From the human T2T-CHM13v2.0 reference genome, Homo sapiens: DNA of 64,000 nucleotides. Location: the NCBI RefSeq assembly GCF_009914755.1, contig NC_060942.1, one strand, 5' to 3'. The notes under the pieces are model-generated. The model saw only the letters and a program-made list of their open reading frames with translations. It was not told where the DNA came from and searched no databases. Positions 13,822 through 26,052 of this stretch are shown here, one piece after another. Within the stretch, counting starts at the first letter, position 1; every line of letters begins with the position of its first letter. Both the position numbers and the translations under genes were made by a program.

Positions 13822-15184
13822 TTGGATAATTTTTGACCAACTGTTTGGGTACCAAGGCTGAGCCAAGTTGACACATAAAATCAATCATCACAATGTCCAC
13901 CACTGAATTAATAATTTAGCATATCAAAATGTAGGATATGCCAGGAATGACATTATTACTCTTATGTTACTTATTGTGATGAATTTTATAGCAAAGCAGT
14001 TTTTTCCCAACTACTAGTGTATGTATAGCATATGTGGTTAAAAAAATCTGTAGAAAAATGTCTGATTTTTTCTCAAGTCTTGAAGATTACAATAAAGCTG
14101 ATGATAGCTTTGCAGCTGAATAAAATTCTTTGATGTAATGAATTAATTTAGAAAAAAGCTGATTGGAGCATGAGCTGGTAAAATGCCAGCTATGCTAGCT
14201 TTGTAATAGGGATTTCTGGTAGAAAGTCGAAGGAAACAAGTTCTTTCAGGAATGTATTAGATCATTTGTTACCAAATTTTAGCTTTGAAAACCCTGTTTA
14301 GTGATCCAGGGTGAGAGTCCATTGTGAGTAATGCAGTTAATTAAAAACTGTTGATTAGTAGATTGTTCAAATTGCAATGTGAGGATCCTGAATGACAAAT
14401 AGAATTTGCTTATTTTCCACAATGATGCCATTTGAATGTCTATCAGAATTTTAAAACTTCAGATTATGAATATCGTCCCATATCGTCCCACTGGACCTGA
14501 ACATTTTTAAAGTGAAGCTCTTTTTGCACTGTGTTTGGGAATTTCTTCTGAAGATGCTTTCCATATTCTAGGCAGGGAAAAATATGAAACCAATAACTTA
14601 CTCATTTTAGAATGGAGATGATGAATATATTTTGTCCCAAAGTATTATAAATCAAAAGGCAAGTCCTTGAGAAGAATATTCTGATTTATTTAGCTATTCC
14701 CTCTAAGTAAGATAATAGTTTAACCAATGGTACTTAGAATGTTTGTACTCAGCAAGAGTCTTAGAAATAAATCATCAATGTGATTGACACACTTTTCCTT
14801 GGCTGGTTTACTGGTTCAGTGAGAATTTCGTTCTGCTTTTTTAGACAGTCAAGAAGGGCAGGCACTATTTTAAAAAAATGTAGCCCTGCTACATACTACT
14901 GTGACTGATAGAACAATTTTCCCACGAGCAAGATTCACTGACGCACAGCTCCCTACCCCCATGTTTGCTTGTGGTTGATAAGACGACATCCGCACAGCTG
15001 AGCCCTGTTCTAGGAGGAGCTATTAACACGGATTCCTCCAGAAGAAATGTTCACCCAGGCTCGTGAGGACAGAGTGTGGATTAGACTGTGAGGGAACTAG
15101 GTGGCAGAACTATTCCAGGATCCATGCTTCAGGCTCATCCATTCTATGCACTACTTCTTTTTCTTTCGTAAAGATCTAATGTTT

Positions 15185-15270
15185 TATATATATATATACA
15201 CACATATACATATATGTATAAATTATACACACACACACACAGAGACATGCACACACACACACATATATAT
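15185..15270. repeat. (TA)n/(CA)n compound microsatellite
   Basis: Directly visible. Confidence 0.9.
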
Positions 15271-16675
15271 TTAATTTGGTGAACCACAAAGCTTGACTCA
15301 GGGGACCTGGAATAGACTGCTTATACATTATTGAAATTAGCTCATGGAAAACACGCTGCAACCTTGTCAAATAGAAATATGCTTGCCCCGATTTGCGACC
15401 TAAAGTTGCTCTGGTTTCAGAACACCAGGGAAAATTACCAAATGCTTCAAACCTCCAAAAATGATAATTTTCAAAAGAACTTAGCAAAATTGGCAAGTAT
15501 ATTCGAGCTTCAAATATGCTGAAACTGAAACTGATGGGAAAAAAGCCCTACAGCATCCATATATAAGCTCCAGCCCCAGCTAACAAAATCACAACACCAA
15601 ATGTCTCATCCTTCAGTGAAGATCTCAAAGAGCACCCGGCTTGACAGTGGTTCAAAGGGACAAAAGCACAGCTCAGGTGGGGAAAGTGAAATCCAGGGAA
15701 TGAATCCATGACCTCGCGTGCTCTGGCCGAGAAGGAAGCTTGTGCAAAACTCTCCTCAGAGATGCCCAGTTTTTGTCGCTATCCCAGAGAAGTTTAATTT
15801 TTAAAAATTAATGCTTCATTCATTTGATACAGTTAACTTCTAGAAAATCATTTTTAGGATTTGATTATGAGGTAAACGGTGTGCTCTGGTGGGCTTTGGG
15901 TATTATCTTGTTATTTTAATTTGTATGTAATTGGGAAGTTACTCTGTGTTCATTGTCCCTATGGAAGTAAAGCAGTAGGAATGGTTCAATATTGCATGTC
16001 AGCTCTCTGTTCTCTCTTTCTTTTATGATGCATAGAATAGAAAATGTGTAGCCAGCAAAAGCAGATAATATGATTGTGTGTGTGTGTGTGTGATTCTAAA
16101 GCTACTATTCCTTTGTTTCATTTTTAGTTTGCAATATTCACATTATTTGTGCAGTTTCAATTAACATTAAAAGAAGGCAGGAGATATTTCTGTTTATCTA
16201 AGGGGTCATGGGTTAAAAGTGATTCTAAAGTCTCATCTGACAGGCAAGCCTCTTTCAAATACAGTAACTCTTCTTCACCAGTTCATTTCCCCTGCATACA
16301 CATTCTCCTTGTGAGCCACACCAAAATGTGAATACACCATGTTTTGTCCCATTTCTTTGTCTTTCAATACGTTATTGTGTTTCTTTGGATATGCCCCCAC
16401 CCTCATATTTCTTATAAGAACATTCTTTTTTATCTTTAAGACTGAATTCAAATAGCACCTCCTCTAAGATGGCTTCCAAGGATGCATAAACATTTAATCT
16501 TTCCTTCATCTGTGCTAACATTACTGTGTATACACCACTATTAGAATACTTGGCTTATTGTAAAGGTTTTTTAAAATACACCACAATTAAGAAAATATAT
16601 TCTTCTTATAAAAGGTGAAGTAGCATGAATAAGGGTCAAATCTCTCATCACTACTCTCCATTCTTCCATTCCACG

Positions 16676-16895
16676 CTCTTTGGATTAACCCCTGTTCTCA
16701 GTGTGGGAATATCCCACCAGGCCACTTTTATTTCTGTACACATTTCCTGGCCCCATATAAAATGGACAGTGTTATCTTTTAGATTAACCACTCTTTGGAT
16801 TAACCACTGTTCTCAGTGTGGGAATATCCCACCAGCCACTTTTATTTCTATATGCATATACATGGCCCCACATAAAATGGACAGTGTTATCTTTT
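16676..16895. repeat. Two-copy tandem duplication, period 115 bp
   Basis: CTCTTTGGATTAACC...AATGGACAGTGTTATCTTTT at 16676-16780 and 16791-16895. Confidence 0.93.
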
Positions 16896-18089
16896 GTGTG
16901 AGTTACAGAAATAACATAATAGTGCATGTGTTGTTCTACAAATTAATGATCGTGTATGTGACTTGTCTGTTAGCCTGTAAGAGAGATTCACTCACCCCAT
17001 CAGATGGTGAAGAACTTTAGTTCCAAGATGATTTGTGCGTGGTCCATAAGTGTTCATATGCATGTATGTTCGCCTGTGTGTTCTATATGTGTTCACATAT
17101 GTGAATTCATATGTGTGTGAGTTCATGTACGTGCATTTGTTTTATTCCTTATGTCTTCTCTGTCCTCACCTCCCAACAGTACCTAGCCAATGACCATTGC
17201 AGAGTCAGTATTTTAACATAAGTCTATCGTAGAGATAAGTAGTATTATATATCCATGTTGCTCCTTCATGACTATAGAAAGACTTAATAGAATCAACCCA
17301 AAATTTAAGATTGAGATATTTAATGTGACCAATGAAGTATTTAATGTGTGCACTCTCAGGCAAATGACATATAAGTACTGGAGTCTCGGTAGGTGATCTT
17401 CCTCATATGTTAGATAGAAAGGAATTTCCACAGCGATATTTCCATCAAAATTACAACAAAAAACAATTATTATCATTTTTTGCCAAAATAGTTTCCTAAT
17501 TCAGATTATATGGTCTGATCACAAAATGATAAATCCAGTTAATATGAATGTTTTCCTTAAGATTAGAAAGATAAAAGAAATGGTCTTTTCTTTGAAGAAT
17601 AGTTGGACAATTGAGAGATATTAGTGGAGAGGAGTTTATTGAGGCCAAATAAAAAACAGATTGGTGACACATATTATTTTTCTTATTTTTAGAAAGCATA
17701 TTGTGAATTATAGTCTAAAAATTAGCTCAAGTTGTCCTGGGGAAGAGGGTAGCAGGCAACTGATCATAAATATTAACCACTTCAGGATTGTATAAATGAC
17801 AGTCTGTTCTCTCAAGTGCTAGAAATGCCTCTGGCAAAGAGAAAAAAAATGCCTTGGTGGCAAATTTTCTTTCAAAGAAAGGCAAAGAAAAAGCAAACTT
17901 TCCATGACTAGTCTTGTTCTTCATGTTATTTAATGCATTTCTTGGTTACTCAAGTCTCAAGGACCTCCAGTTACTTCTAATCTAAATGCAAGCAGGGTTG
18001 AACAACATCTGATTTTTCTTACTAGGGCTACCTCTCAGACCAGTGGGAAATCAAATGGCTCCTCACATATTGCTAGGGGTGTGGATTCT

Positions 18090-18240
18090 CTACTTGAAAA
18101 GCATATGATTTGATATCAGAAAGCATTAATTTAAATCTCAATTTTGCCACTTACTGGTTGTATGAATTTTGACAATTTATTTAACTTTTCTGCACCTCAG
18201 TTATCTCATCTGTAAAATAAGAATGATGATTTCTATGAAT
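18090..18240 (+). mobile_element. MIR
   Basis: TTTGCCACTTACTGGTTGTATG...TTTAACTTTTCTGCACCTCAGTTATCTCATCTGTAAAATAAG. Confidence 0.75.
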
Positions 18241-18379
18241 TCTATAACTCATGATCTTAATGCAAAGCTAGGAAATTATAACCTGGTCTTCCCACTATGT
18301 TCACGTGGTCATTACTGGCTGTGTTTTTGCCCTTCTCCTCACACCTTTCCCAAACCTGTCTGGGGACCTTTCTGACTGC

Positions 18380-18818
18380 TGGGTGCTCTTGGTGGGGGGT
18401 GGTCCTGGATATTTTCCAGTGGCCTCTCTACACCTACTTACCCTCTGCCCTTCTCTGCCTTGCACTGTCCCCCAGGAGTCTAACCCTTATTGGCTGCAAG
18501 GGATGCTGCTACCCTCTGGCTTCTGATAGGGCATGGCCAGTGAGAGGTGTCAGCAGGAGTTGGGAGCAAGCAAGTCAGATCTCTTATGCCACGCAGTATG
18601 GAGACCAGTACCTGGGCTCCTGACCACAGCTCTCCCTCAGGGATCCAGCGATGATGTTCCCTCCTTTACCTATCAGGCGTCTTCCTGATGGTAGACTTTC
18701 CACTCTTGCTTCACCAATGTTTGTTAGTTCTCTCTGCGTTGTAAATTCTCCTTTTATAAAACTCTTCTGAGTTACCTGTGACTATGCTGTGTCCTTCCTG
18801 CATGAACCCTGATCAGTC
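18380..18818 (+). mobile_element. ERVL LTR (LTR33-like)
   Basis: CCCTCTGGCTTCTGATAGGGCATGGCCAGTGAGAGGTGTCAGCAGGAG and 3' end ...TTCCTGCATGAACCCTGATCAG. Confidence 0.6.
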
Positions 18819-19764
18819 CGAGAGAAAGTGGGAGCAATTGAAGGAATGGCTCGGCCTCTCTCTGTCTAGACTCCACAGGCATCATAGCTACACAAAATGC
18901 ATTCTGATAGCTGTTCCGAATTCTCAAATTTAGTGCACAGTGTAACAGCCTATGCCTGTAAAGGAATCTGTTTCCCAAGATCCCAGTGTATTGGACAGAT
19001 TTATTTATTTCTGAAAAGTTTCTTTTGAAGTTTAATGAGAACTTTCTCTAACATTTCATAAGTAAGGAGTCAGTTATCAGAAAGCAAAAACAACACAAAA
19101 CCAGAACTGGTAGAATAACGGATGTGGTCTGATAATTTTTGTATGTGCTGCCAAGATAGATGGTGATGTATCTGATTCAATCATTTCAATTTTCTTCTTG
19201 GATAGAAGAAATTAAGAATTAACTGAGAGCAGTTACAAGCTTAATTTTTGGAAAATAGTAATTTTTATAGCCAAGTGAGACTTGCAATAACCTATACTTA
19301 TAAACAAATATACTTTATTTTATTATTCTTTTTTGATAATTAGCCATATGAGTTAAATTTAATCTTGAAAGAAAAATGCACCAAATTAATGAAATCTGAG
19401 CAACAGAGTTTATTGTTTAACCCCAAATTTACCTCTATCTACAATTGTTTTAAAACTTAAGAATCAACTGAGAGTAGTTACACTGAAACCATCTACATTT
19501 GGTTTCTTGATGAATCTGTTAGGTGTTTTTAGAATTTTTTTAAATGGTAAGATGAAAGTTAGCATATAGCACCTGACAATACACCAACTAATGTTTAGGG
19601 AATTGACTAGCTATCAGTGTGATATATTAAATAATTATCACTATTAACCCATCTAACACAAATTTTCACTGGACTGATTTTAATTATAGCAGAGTCAAAC
19701 TGATCCTGACTCACAGATTGTCAAAGCAAGGAGACGTTCTCCTCCCTCAAAGCAACATTGGCTA

Positions 19765-19900
19765 CACTCACTTGCCTTCTGACTTTGGGCAAGCAACTAA
19801 AATTTTTAGGCCTCAGTTTCCTCATCTGCAAAATGGTAAAATGATAACTAGTTCTGCTGTCTTCAAAGGATTATTTTAAACTTTAACTGAGCTAGTGCTT
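19765..19900 (+). mobile_element. MIR
   Basis: TGACTTTGGGCAAGCAACT...GGCCTCAGTTTCCTCATCTGCAAAATGG. Confidence 0.75.
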
Positions 19901-22900
19901 TGAAAGTATAGATCGTTAACCTTCTTGGCTCACTTGAGATAGTGTGTTATTTGACTTCAAAAGTTTTTTTCTAAACTGCAGCAGATAATTTTTTCACATG
20001 TAATGAGACAAAATAAATAAAGAATAAGTGAAAACAATAAAACTCCTGCTAATCTACTTAGTTCAGCATTTTGTTTAATGTGAAGAATGGGCCTTACTTG
20101 ATGCATGGGAATATTTGACAACTCATAGAAGAGTTGACTGCTATTTGAACAGGGTGGTTCTGTGGATTTAATTGTAGCCAAAGTACCAACACTTCCAGTT
20201 TAACAAAGGAAGATTTTCATCCTTTTCGGTACAGATGACAGATTTGTGTGATCTTCCCTTCTTAATGGAGTTGAGTGGTCACAGTATAGTGAGCAGATAT
20301 CTAAATTTGTCACCTCTCTATATTTCAATGTTTTATAATATGTAAGAATATATATTTCAAAATAGTCGTATATTCAGAAGATGATAGAGTTTTAAGTGAG
20401 ACAAATGTGAGTTAGAATTTTAAACGCTGCCTTTTACCATGTTTGTGATGGGAAAAAATTGTTGCTCTTTTACAGCTTTGCTTAAAGATGTGTTTTAAGA
20501 GTTAAGTAAAATTATGTTGATAAAATACTTGGCATAGGGCCTGGCATTCATTTGCACTTCTTCAGTTCTGCAATTACCCATCTACTACAGATCTGAGACA
20601 GTGAATAAATTCATTGACAGAATTTTGACACATACTAAGCTTTTTACCTCCAAGTTGGAATGCAGTCAAGCATCACCGTTCTATTAACTACTATTTGTAG
20701 CTCTATTGAGATATAACTGACACAAATTGTACATATTTAAGGTATACAATTTTATGTTTTAATATACATCTTCATTTTGAAATGATTACCACAGTCAAGC
20801 TAATTAATATATCTATCGCCTCACATAGCTACCTGCTTTTTTTTGGTGAGAACACCTGAGATTTACCCTCTTATCAAATTTCAAGTGTACAATACAGTAG
20901 CATTAACTATGTTCACCATGTTGTCCATTAGATCTCAGAGCTTAGTTATCTTGAATAGCTGAAATTTTATACCTTTAGACCAACATCTCCCCATTTTCCC
21001 CTACTCCTCCTTCCCCAACTCTGACAACCACCATTTTACTCTCCGTTTGAGTTTGACTATGTTAGAGTCCAGATATAAGTGAGGTCGTGTATTATTTGTC
21101 TTTCTATGTCTGGCTTACTTCACTTAGCATAATGTTCTCCAGGTTCATCCATGTTGTTGCAAATGGCAGGAATTTCTTTTTATAAAGGCTGAATAATATC
21201 ATCTTATTTTATAAACATATATATCTCCCACATTATCTTTATCCATTCATCTTTGATGAAAACAGGTTGGTTCTGTATCTTGGCTATTGTAAATAATGCT
21301 TCAAAGAACATGAAAGTGCAGCTGTTTCTCCAATAAACTGATTTTATTTCCTTTCGATATATACTCAGAAGTGGGATTGGTGGGTCAAATGGCAGTTCTA
21401 CTTTTTTATTTTTTGAAGAATTACTATTTTTTTTCTTTAATGGCTGTGTCAATTTACATCCCCACCAGTAGTATATAAGGGTTCCCCATTTCTCCACATC
21501 TTCACAACACTTGGTACGTCTTGTGTTTTTGATAATAGCCATTCTAATAGTGTGATGTAATATCTTATTGTGGTTTTGATTTGTATTTTTCTGACATTTA
21601 GTGATGTTCAGCACCTTTTCATACATACGTTAGTTTGTTTTATGTCTTCTTTTGAGAAATATGCATTCAGGCCTTTTGCCCATTTTTAAGTCAGGTTATT
21701 TTTTTGCTATATAGAGTTGTTTAAGTTTCTTATATATTTTGGATATTTGCCTCTTATCAGATATACAGATATATAATACATATGTATATGTATGTGTATA
21801 TACATATGTGTATGTGTATATACATATATACATTATTATATATACATTATATACATAGACACACAATAATTAGGATATATTCTTATTCTGTAGGTTGCCT
21901 TTTTACTCCATTGACTTTTCATTTGCTTTGCAGAAGAATTTTAGTTTGATGCAATCACTCTTGTTTATTTTTGCTTTTGTGGCCTGTGCTTTTAATCATA
22001 TCTTAAAAAATATGGTCATCGAGATTTTTCCCTTTGTTTTCTTCTAGTAGTTTTACAGTTTTAGGTCTTGTGTTTAAGTCTTTAGTTCATTTTCAGTACA
22101 ATTTTGTATATGGTATGAGAAAAGGGTCCAATTTCATTGTTCCGTGTGTGAATATTCAGTTTTCCTGGAACCGTTTATTGAAAAGACTGTTCTTCCCCGT
22201 TGTGTGTTCTTGGCACCCTTTTGAAAAATCAGTTAGTTGTAAATGCATGGATTTATTTATGGGCTCTCTATTATGTTCCATTTGTTTATGTGTCTGCTTT
22301 TATGCCAATACCATACTGTCTTGATTATTATAGCTTTGTAATATATTTTGAAGTGAGGTAGTATGATGTCTTCAGCCTTGTCCTTCTTTATCAGAATTTC
22401 TTCGACTATTCGGGTGTCTTTTGTGGTTCTACATACACCTTTGAATAGATTTTTTTATTTCTGAGGAAAATTCAGTTGGAATTTTGCTAGGGATTTCATT
22501 AAATCTGTAGAGTTCTTTGGTTAGTATGGACTTTTTAATAATATTAATAATATTAATTTTAATAATATTAATTCTTTCAGTCCACGAACATGGGATACCT
22601 TTCCATTTCATTGTCTCTTCTGTAATTTTCTTCATCAATATTTTCTGTTTTCCAGTGTACAAGTCTTTTAACTGCATGGTTAAATTTATTCCTAAGTATT
22701 TTATTGCTATTGTAGATGGAGTTATTTTAAAATTTTTCTTATGAGATAATTTTTTATCTGTTCATAAAGGTTCCACTGATTTTTTGTATGTTGATTTTGT
22801 ATTCTGCAACTTTACTGAATTTATTAAGACAATAATTTTTTGTTGTCTTTACAGACTTCAGAATTTTCTCTATACATGATCATATCATCTCATCTGTAGA

Positions 22901-22942
22901 GATAATTTTACTTTTTCTTTCCAATTAGTTGCCTGTTAAAAT

Positions 22943-23234
22943 CTCCCTCCCTCCTTCCCTCCCTTCCCTTCCCCTCCCCTTCCTTCCCCTCCCCTTCCCT
23001 CCCCTCCTTTCCCTTTCCCCTCCCCTTCTTTCCCCTCCCCTTCCCTCCCCTCCTTTCCCTTTCCCCTCCCCTTCCCTCCCCTCCCTTCCCTTTCCCCTCC
23101 CTTCCCCTTCCCCTCCCCTCCCTTCCCCCTCCCCTCCCCCTCCCCTCCCCTTCCCCTCCCCTCCCCTCCCCTCCCCTCCCCTCCCCTCCCCTTCCCTCCC
23201 CTTCCCTCCCCTTCCCTTCCCTTCCCTTCCTCCT
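22943..23234. repeat. (CCCCT/CCCTT)n homopyrimidine simple repeat
   Basis: About 290 bp of only C and T on the plus strand. Confidence 0.97.
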
Positions 23235-23244
23235 TATTGTTAAA

Positions 23245-23365
23245 AGACGAGGTCTTGCTCTGTTGCCCAGGCTGAAATGCAGTGGCACAATTATAGCTCA
23301 TTTCAGACTCAAACTCCTGGGCTCAAGTGATCCTTTCACCTCAGCCTCCTGAGTAGCTGGGACTA
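23245..23365 (-). mobile_element. AluJ right-arm fragment
   Basis: GGTCTTGCTCTGTTGCCCAGGCTG...TATAGCTCA...CTCCTGGGCTCAAGTGATCCT...GTAGCTGGGACTAC. Confidence 0.88.
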
Positions 23366-23590
23366 CTAATAATAGTAAATAACTTTAAATTACTAATACT
23401 AAATACTTTTAAATTATTTTCTTGTTTATTTGCTCTCGTTAATAGAAGTGGCAAAAGGGGACATCCTTGTTTCACACCAAATCTTAGAGGAGAAGCTTTC
23501 AGTATTTTTCCATTGATTTTTTCAGTTCCAGGATATCTGCTCAGTTTTAGTTTGTGGTTTCTATTTCTTTATTAAGAAATATTTTGTTAA

Positions 23591-24556
23591 TATATATTTT
23601 TTATTTTATTATTATTATACTTTAAGTTTTAGGGTACATGTGCACAATGTGCAGGTTAGTTACATATGTATACATGTGTCATGCTGGTGTGCTGCACCCA
23701 TTAACTCGCCATTTAGCATTAGGTATAGCTCCTAATACTATCCCTCCCCCCTCCCCCCACCCCACAACAGTCCCCACAGTGTGATGTTCCCCTTCCTGTG
23801 TCCATGTGTTCTCATTGTTCAGTTCCCACCTATGAGTGAGAACATGCGGTGTTTGGTTTTTTGTCCTTGCGGTAGTTTACTGAGAATGATGATTTCCAAT
23901 TTCATCCATGTCCCTACAAAGGACATGAACTCATCATTTTTTATGGCTGCATAGTATTCCATGGTGTATATGTGCCAATTTTCTTAATACAGTCTATCAG
24001 CGTTGGACATTTGGGTTGGTTCCAAGTCTTTGCTATTGTGAACAGTGCTGCAATAAAGAAACTACCATCAGAGTGAACAGGCAACCTACAACATGGGAGA
24101 AAATTTTCACAACCTACTTATCTGACGAAGGGCTAATATCCAGGATCTACAATGAACTCAAACAAATTTACAAGAAAAAAACAAACAACCCCATCAAAAA
24201 GTGGGCAAAGGACATGAACAGACACTTCTCAAAAGAAGACATTTATGCAGCCAAAAAACACATGAAAAAGTGCTCACCATCACTGGCCATCAGAGAAATG
24301 CAAATCAAAACCACAATGAGATACCATCTCACATCAGTTAGAATGGCAATCATTAAAAAGTCAGGAAACAACAGGTGCTGGAGAGGATGTGGAGAAATAG
24401 GAACACTTTTACACTGTTGGTGGGACTGTAAACTAGTTCAACCATTGTGGAAGACAGTGTGGCGATTCCTCAGGGATCTAGAACTAGAAATACCATTTGA
24501 CCCAGCCATCCCATTACTGGGTATATACCCAAAGGACTAGAAATCATGCTGCTATA
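23591..24556 (-). mobile_element. 5'-inverted L1PA2/3
   Basis: Minus-strand 3' end 23591-24057, plus-strand ORF2 segment 24055-24556 ([10 protein letters not shown]...GIYPKD); TSD-like AATATTT(T)GTTAA at ~23578-23590 and ~24556-24567. Confidence 0.92.
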
Positions 24557-24723
24557 ATATTTGTTAACATTTTGTTCTTGTATTGCTTTGCTTACTTTAT
24601 TTAGTTGTGATCTTGTAGTTCATTGAGCTTTTTTAAGCTGGTTATTTTGATTTGTCTCAGTTTGTAGGTCTTCATTTTCTTAGGGTTAGTTACTGGAGCT
24701 TTACCAGTTTCCTTTGGTTGCGT

Positions 24724-26052
24724 TGTTAGTGGCAGTGGTGGCCCATTGGGAGCAGCTGCTGCCATGACACCAACTGCAGTAGGGGAGGTATGGTGGGGCT
24801 GTGTGCTCCATGGAGCAGGCAGGAGCCCCACTCTCCTGGGTGCATCTGCAGCTGCCCAAGTTGCAGCTGTGGCTTGGACCTCCCTGTGTACTTGGGGGCT
24901 GGGAGCAGGCAGGAGTCCCGCCCTCCCAGGTGCAGCCTCAGCTGTGGACCCAGGCATCTTTGCACTCTCAGGGTCCTGGAAAGGCCCTCGCTGCCCCTGC
25001 AGGCTCAGAGGTGTCTGCTCCTGCTGCTTGGCCTCTCCTGGCTCCTGACTCCTTCTCCAATCTCAGAGCAAGGTTGGGGCTGAGCCCAGGTGCTGTTGCA
25101 ACTTAGCTGGGTGTGCACACACTCATGGCAGTGCTGATACACCAGCCCCCTGCTGTCTCAGCCCCCTCCAGACTTTGGGCACCAAGGAGCACAGGAGGAA
25201 GGCTAAGCAGGGACTGAGGGCAGTTCAGTGCTGGCCTGCAGGGACCCCTTTTCATGAACAGCCTGATCTCCATGAATGGGGGCAGGAGGCAGACAGGTGC
25301 CTGAGTAGAAAGGGCAAGTCCTTAGTGAAGCCTCACCTTCAAGCTGGATAGGGCCTAAAGCCTGGGGCCCGGGCTGCCAGTCCCACAGACCAGAGTGGGA
25401 ACTTGTGGTGCTTTTTCTAGGCCCATCCATGGCAACCCATGGACCAATCGGTGTGCACTTCCCTGCTCTGAGGCCCATAAACACCCTGGACTCAGCCTGA
25501 CTTGTGGAGATTATTGGATGACTGGATGTGGAGAGGAGCTACCCACTCCATGGTCTCCTTTCTGCTGACAGCTGAACACTTATCGAGACACCCTGCCTAC
25601 AGAGAGGAGCTACCCAATTCAGTTCTCCTCTGAGCTGTTCTGTCACTCAATAAAGCTCCTCTTCACCATGCTCACCCTCCACTTTTCTGCACACCTAATT
25701 CTTCCTGGACACAGGACAAGAACTTGGGAGCCACCACATGGCAGGTCTAAAAGAGTTGTAACACAAACTGAAACATGCCCCTTGCTCATCATGTTGTGGA
25801 TGACAAGAAGGAGAGAAGAGAGAAGAGCTGTGGCCCTCTGGGGAGCCCAGACCTGGGAACTCTCAGAGCCTGCATTCCTGGCATCTCCAAGCTTCCATGT
25901 GCCACTCAGTTCCCCAGTGCCACCTGTGGAAGCTGCTTGTGGTACACCTGGACCAGCTGCAGCCTTGTAGGGATCCAGCACCCATGCTGGCACCTGGAGT
26001 TGCCTACCCTGCCACAGCCAGCATGCCTGGTTTTGTGTAGTGGCTGAACCCC
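24724..26052 (+). mobile_element. MER52-type ERV1 LTR, 3'-truncated
   Basis: GC-rich, starts TGGCAGTGGTGGCCCATTGGGAGCAGCTGCTGCCATG; GAGGAGCTACCC repeats; AATAAAGCTCCTCTTCACC at 25649. Confidence 0.8.

Larger units (their letters stand above)
13059..13891 (-). mobile_element. MLT2 (C/D-type) LTR with nested AluJ, internally inverted
   Basis: Minus-strand LTR start TGTGATGATTGATTTTATGTGTCAACTTGG (from 13891) and end CCCTGACTAACACA (13072-13059); the LTR body 13153-13587 lies on the plus strand. Confidence 0.85.

Noticed and set aside
14471-14490. 10-11-bp tandem duplications (also ~45199-45218 and ~53254-53278)
   Set aside because: Ordinary slippage indels
22908-23301. Gly/Arg/Glu-rich and Pro-rich ORFs (also 34667-35017)
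   Set aside because: Translations of simple repeats that lack stop codons
24016-24540. 174-aa ORF
   Set aside because: Inverted L1 ORF2 segment read across the inversion junction, ending in a premature stop
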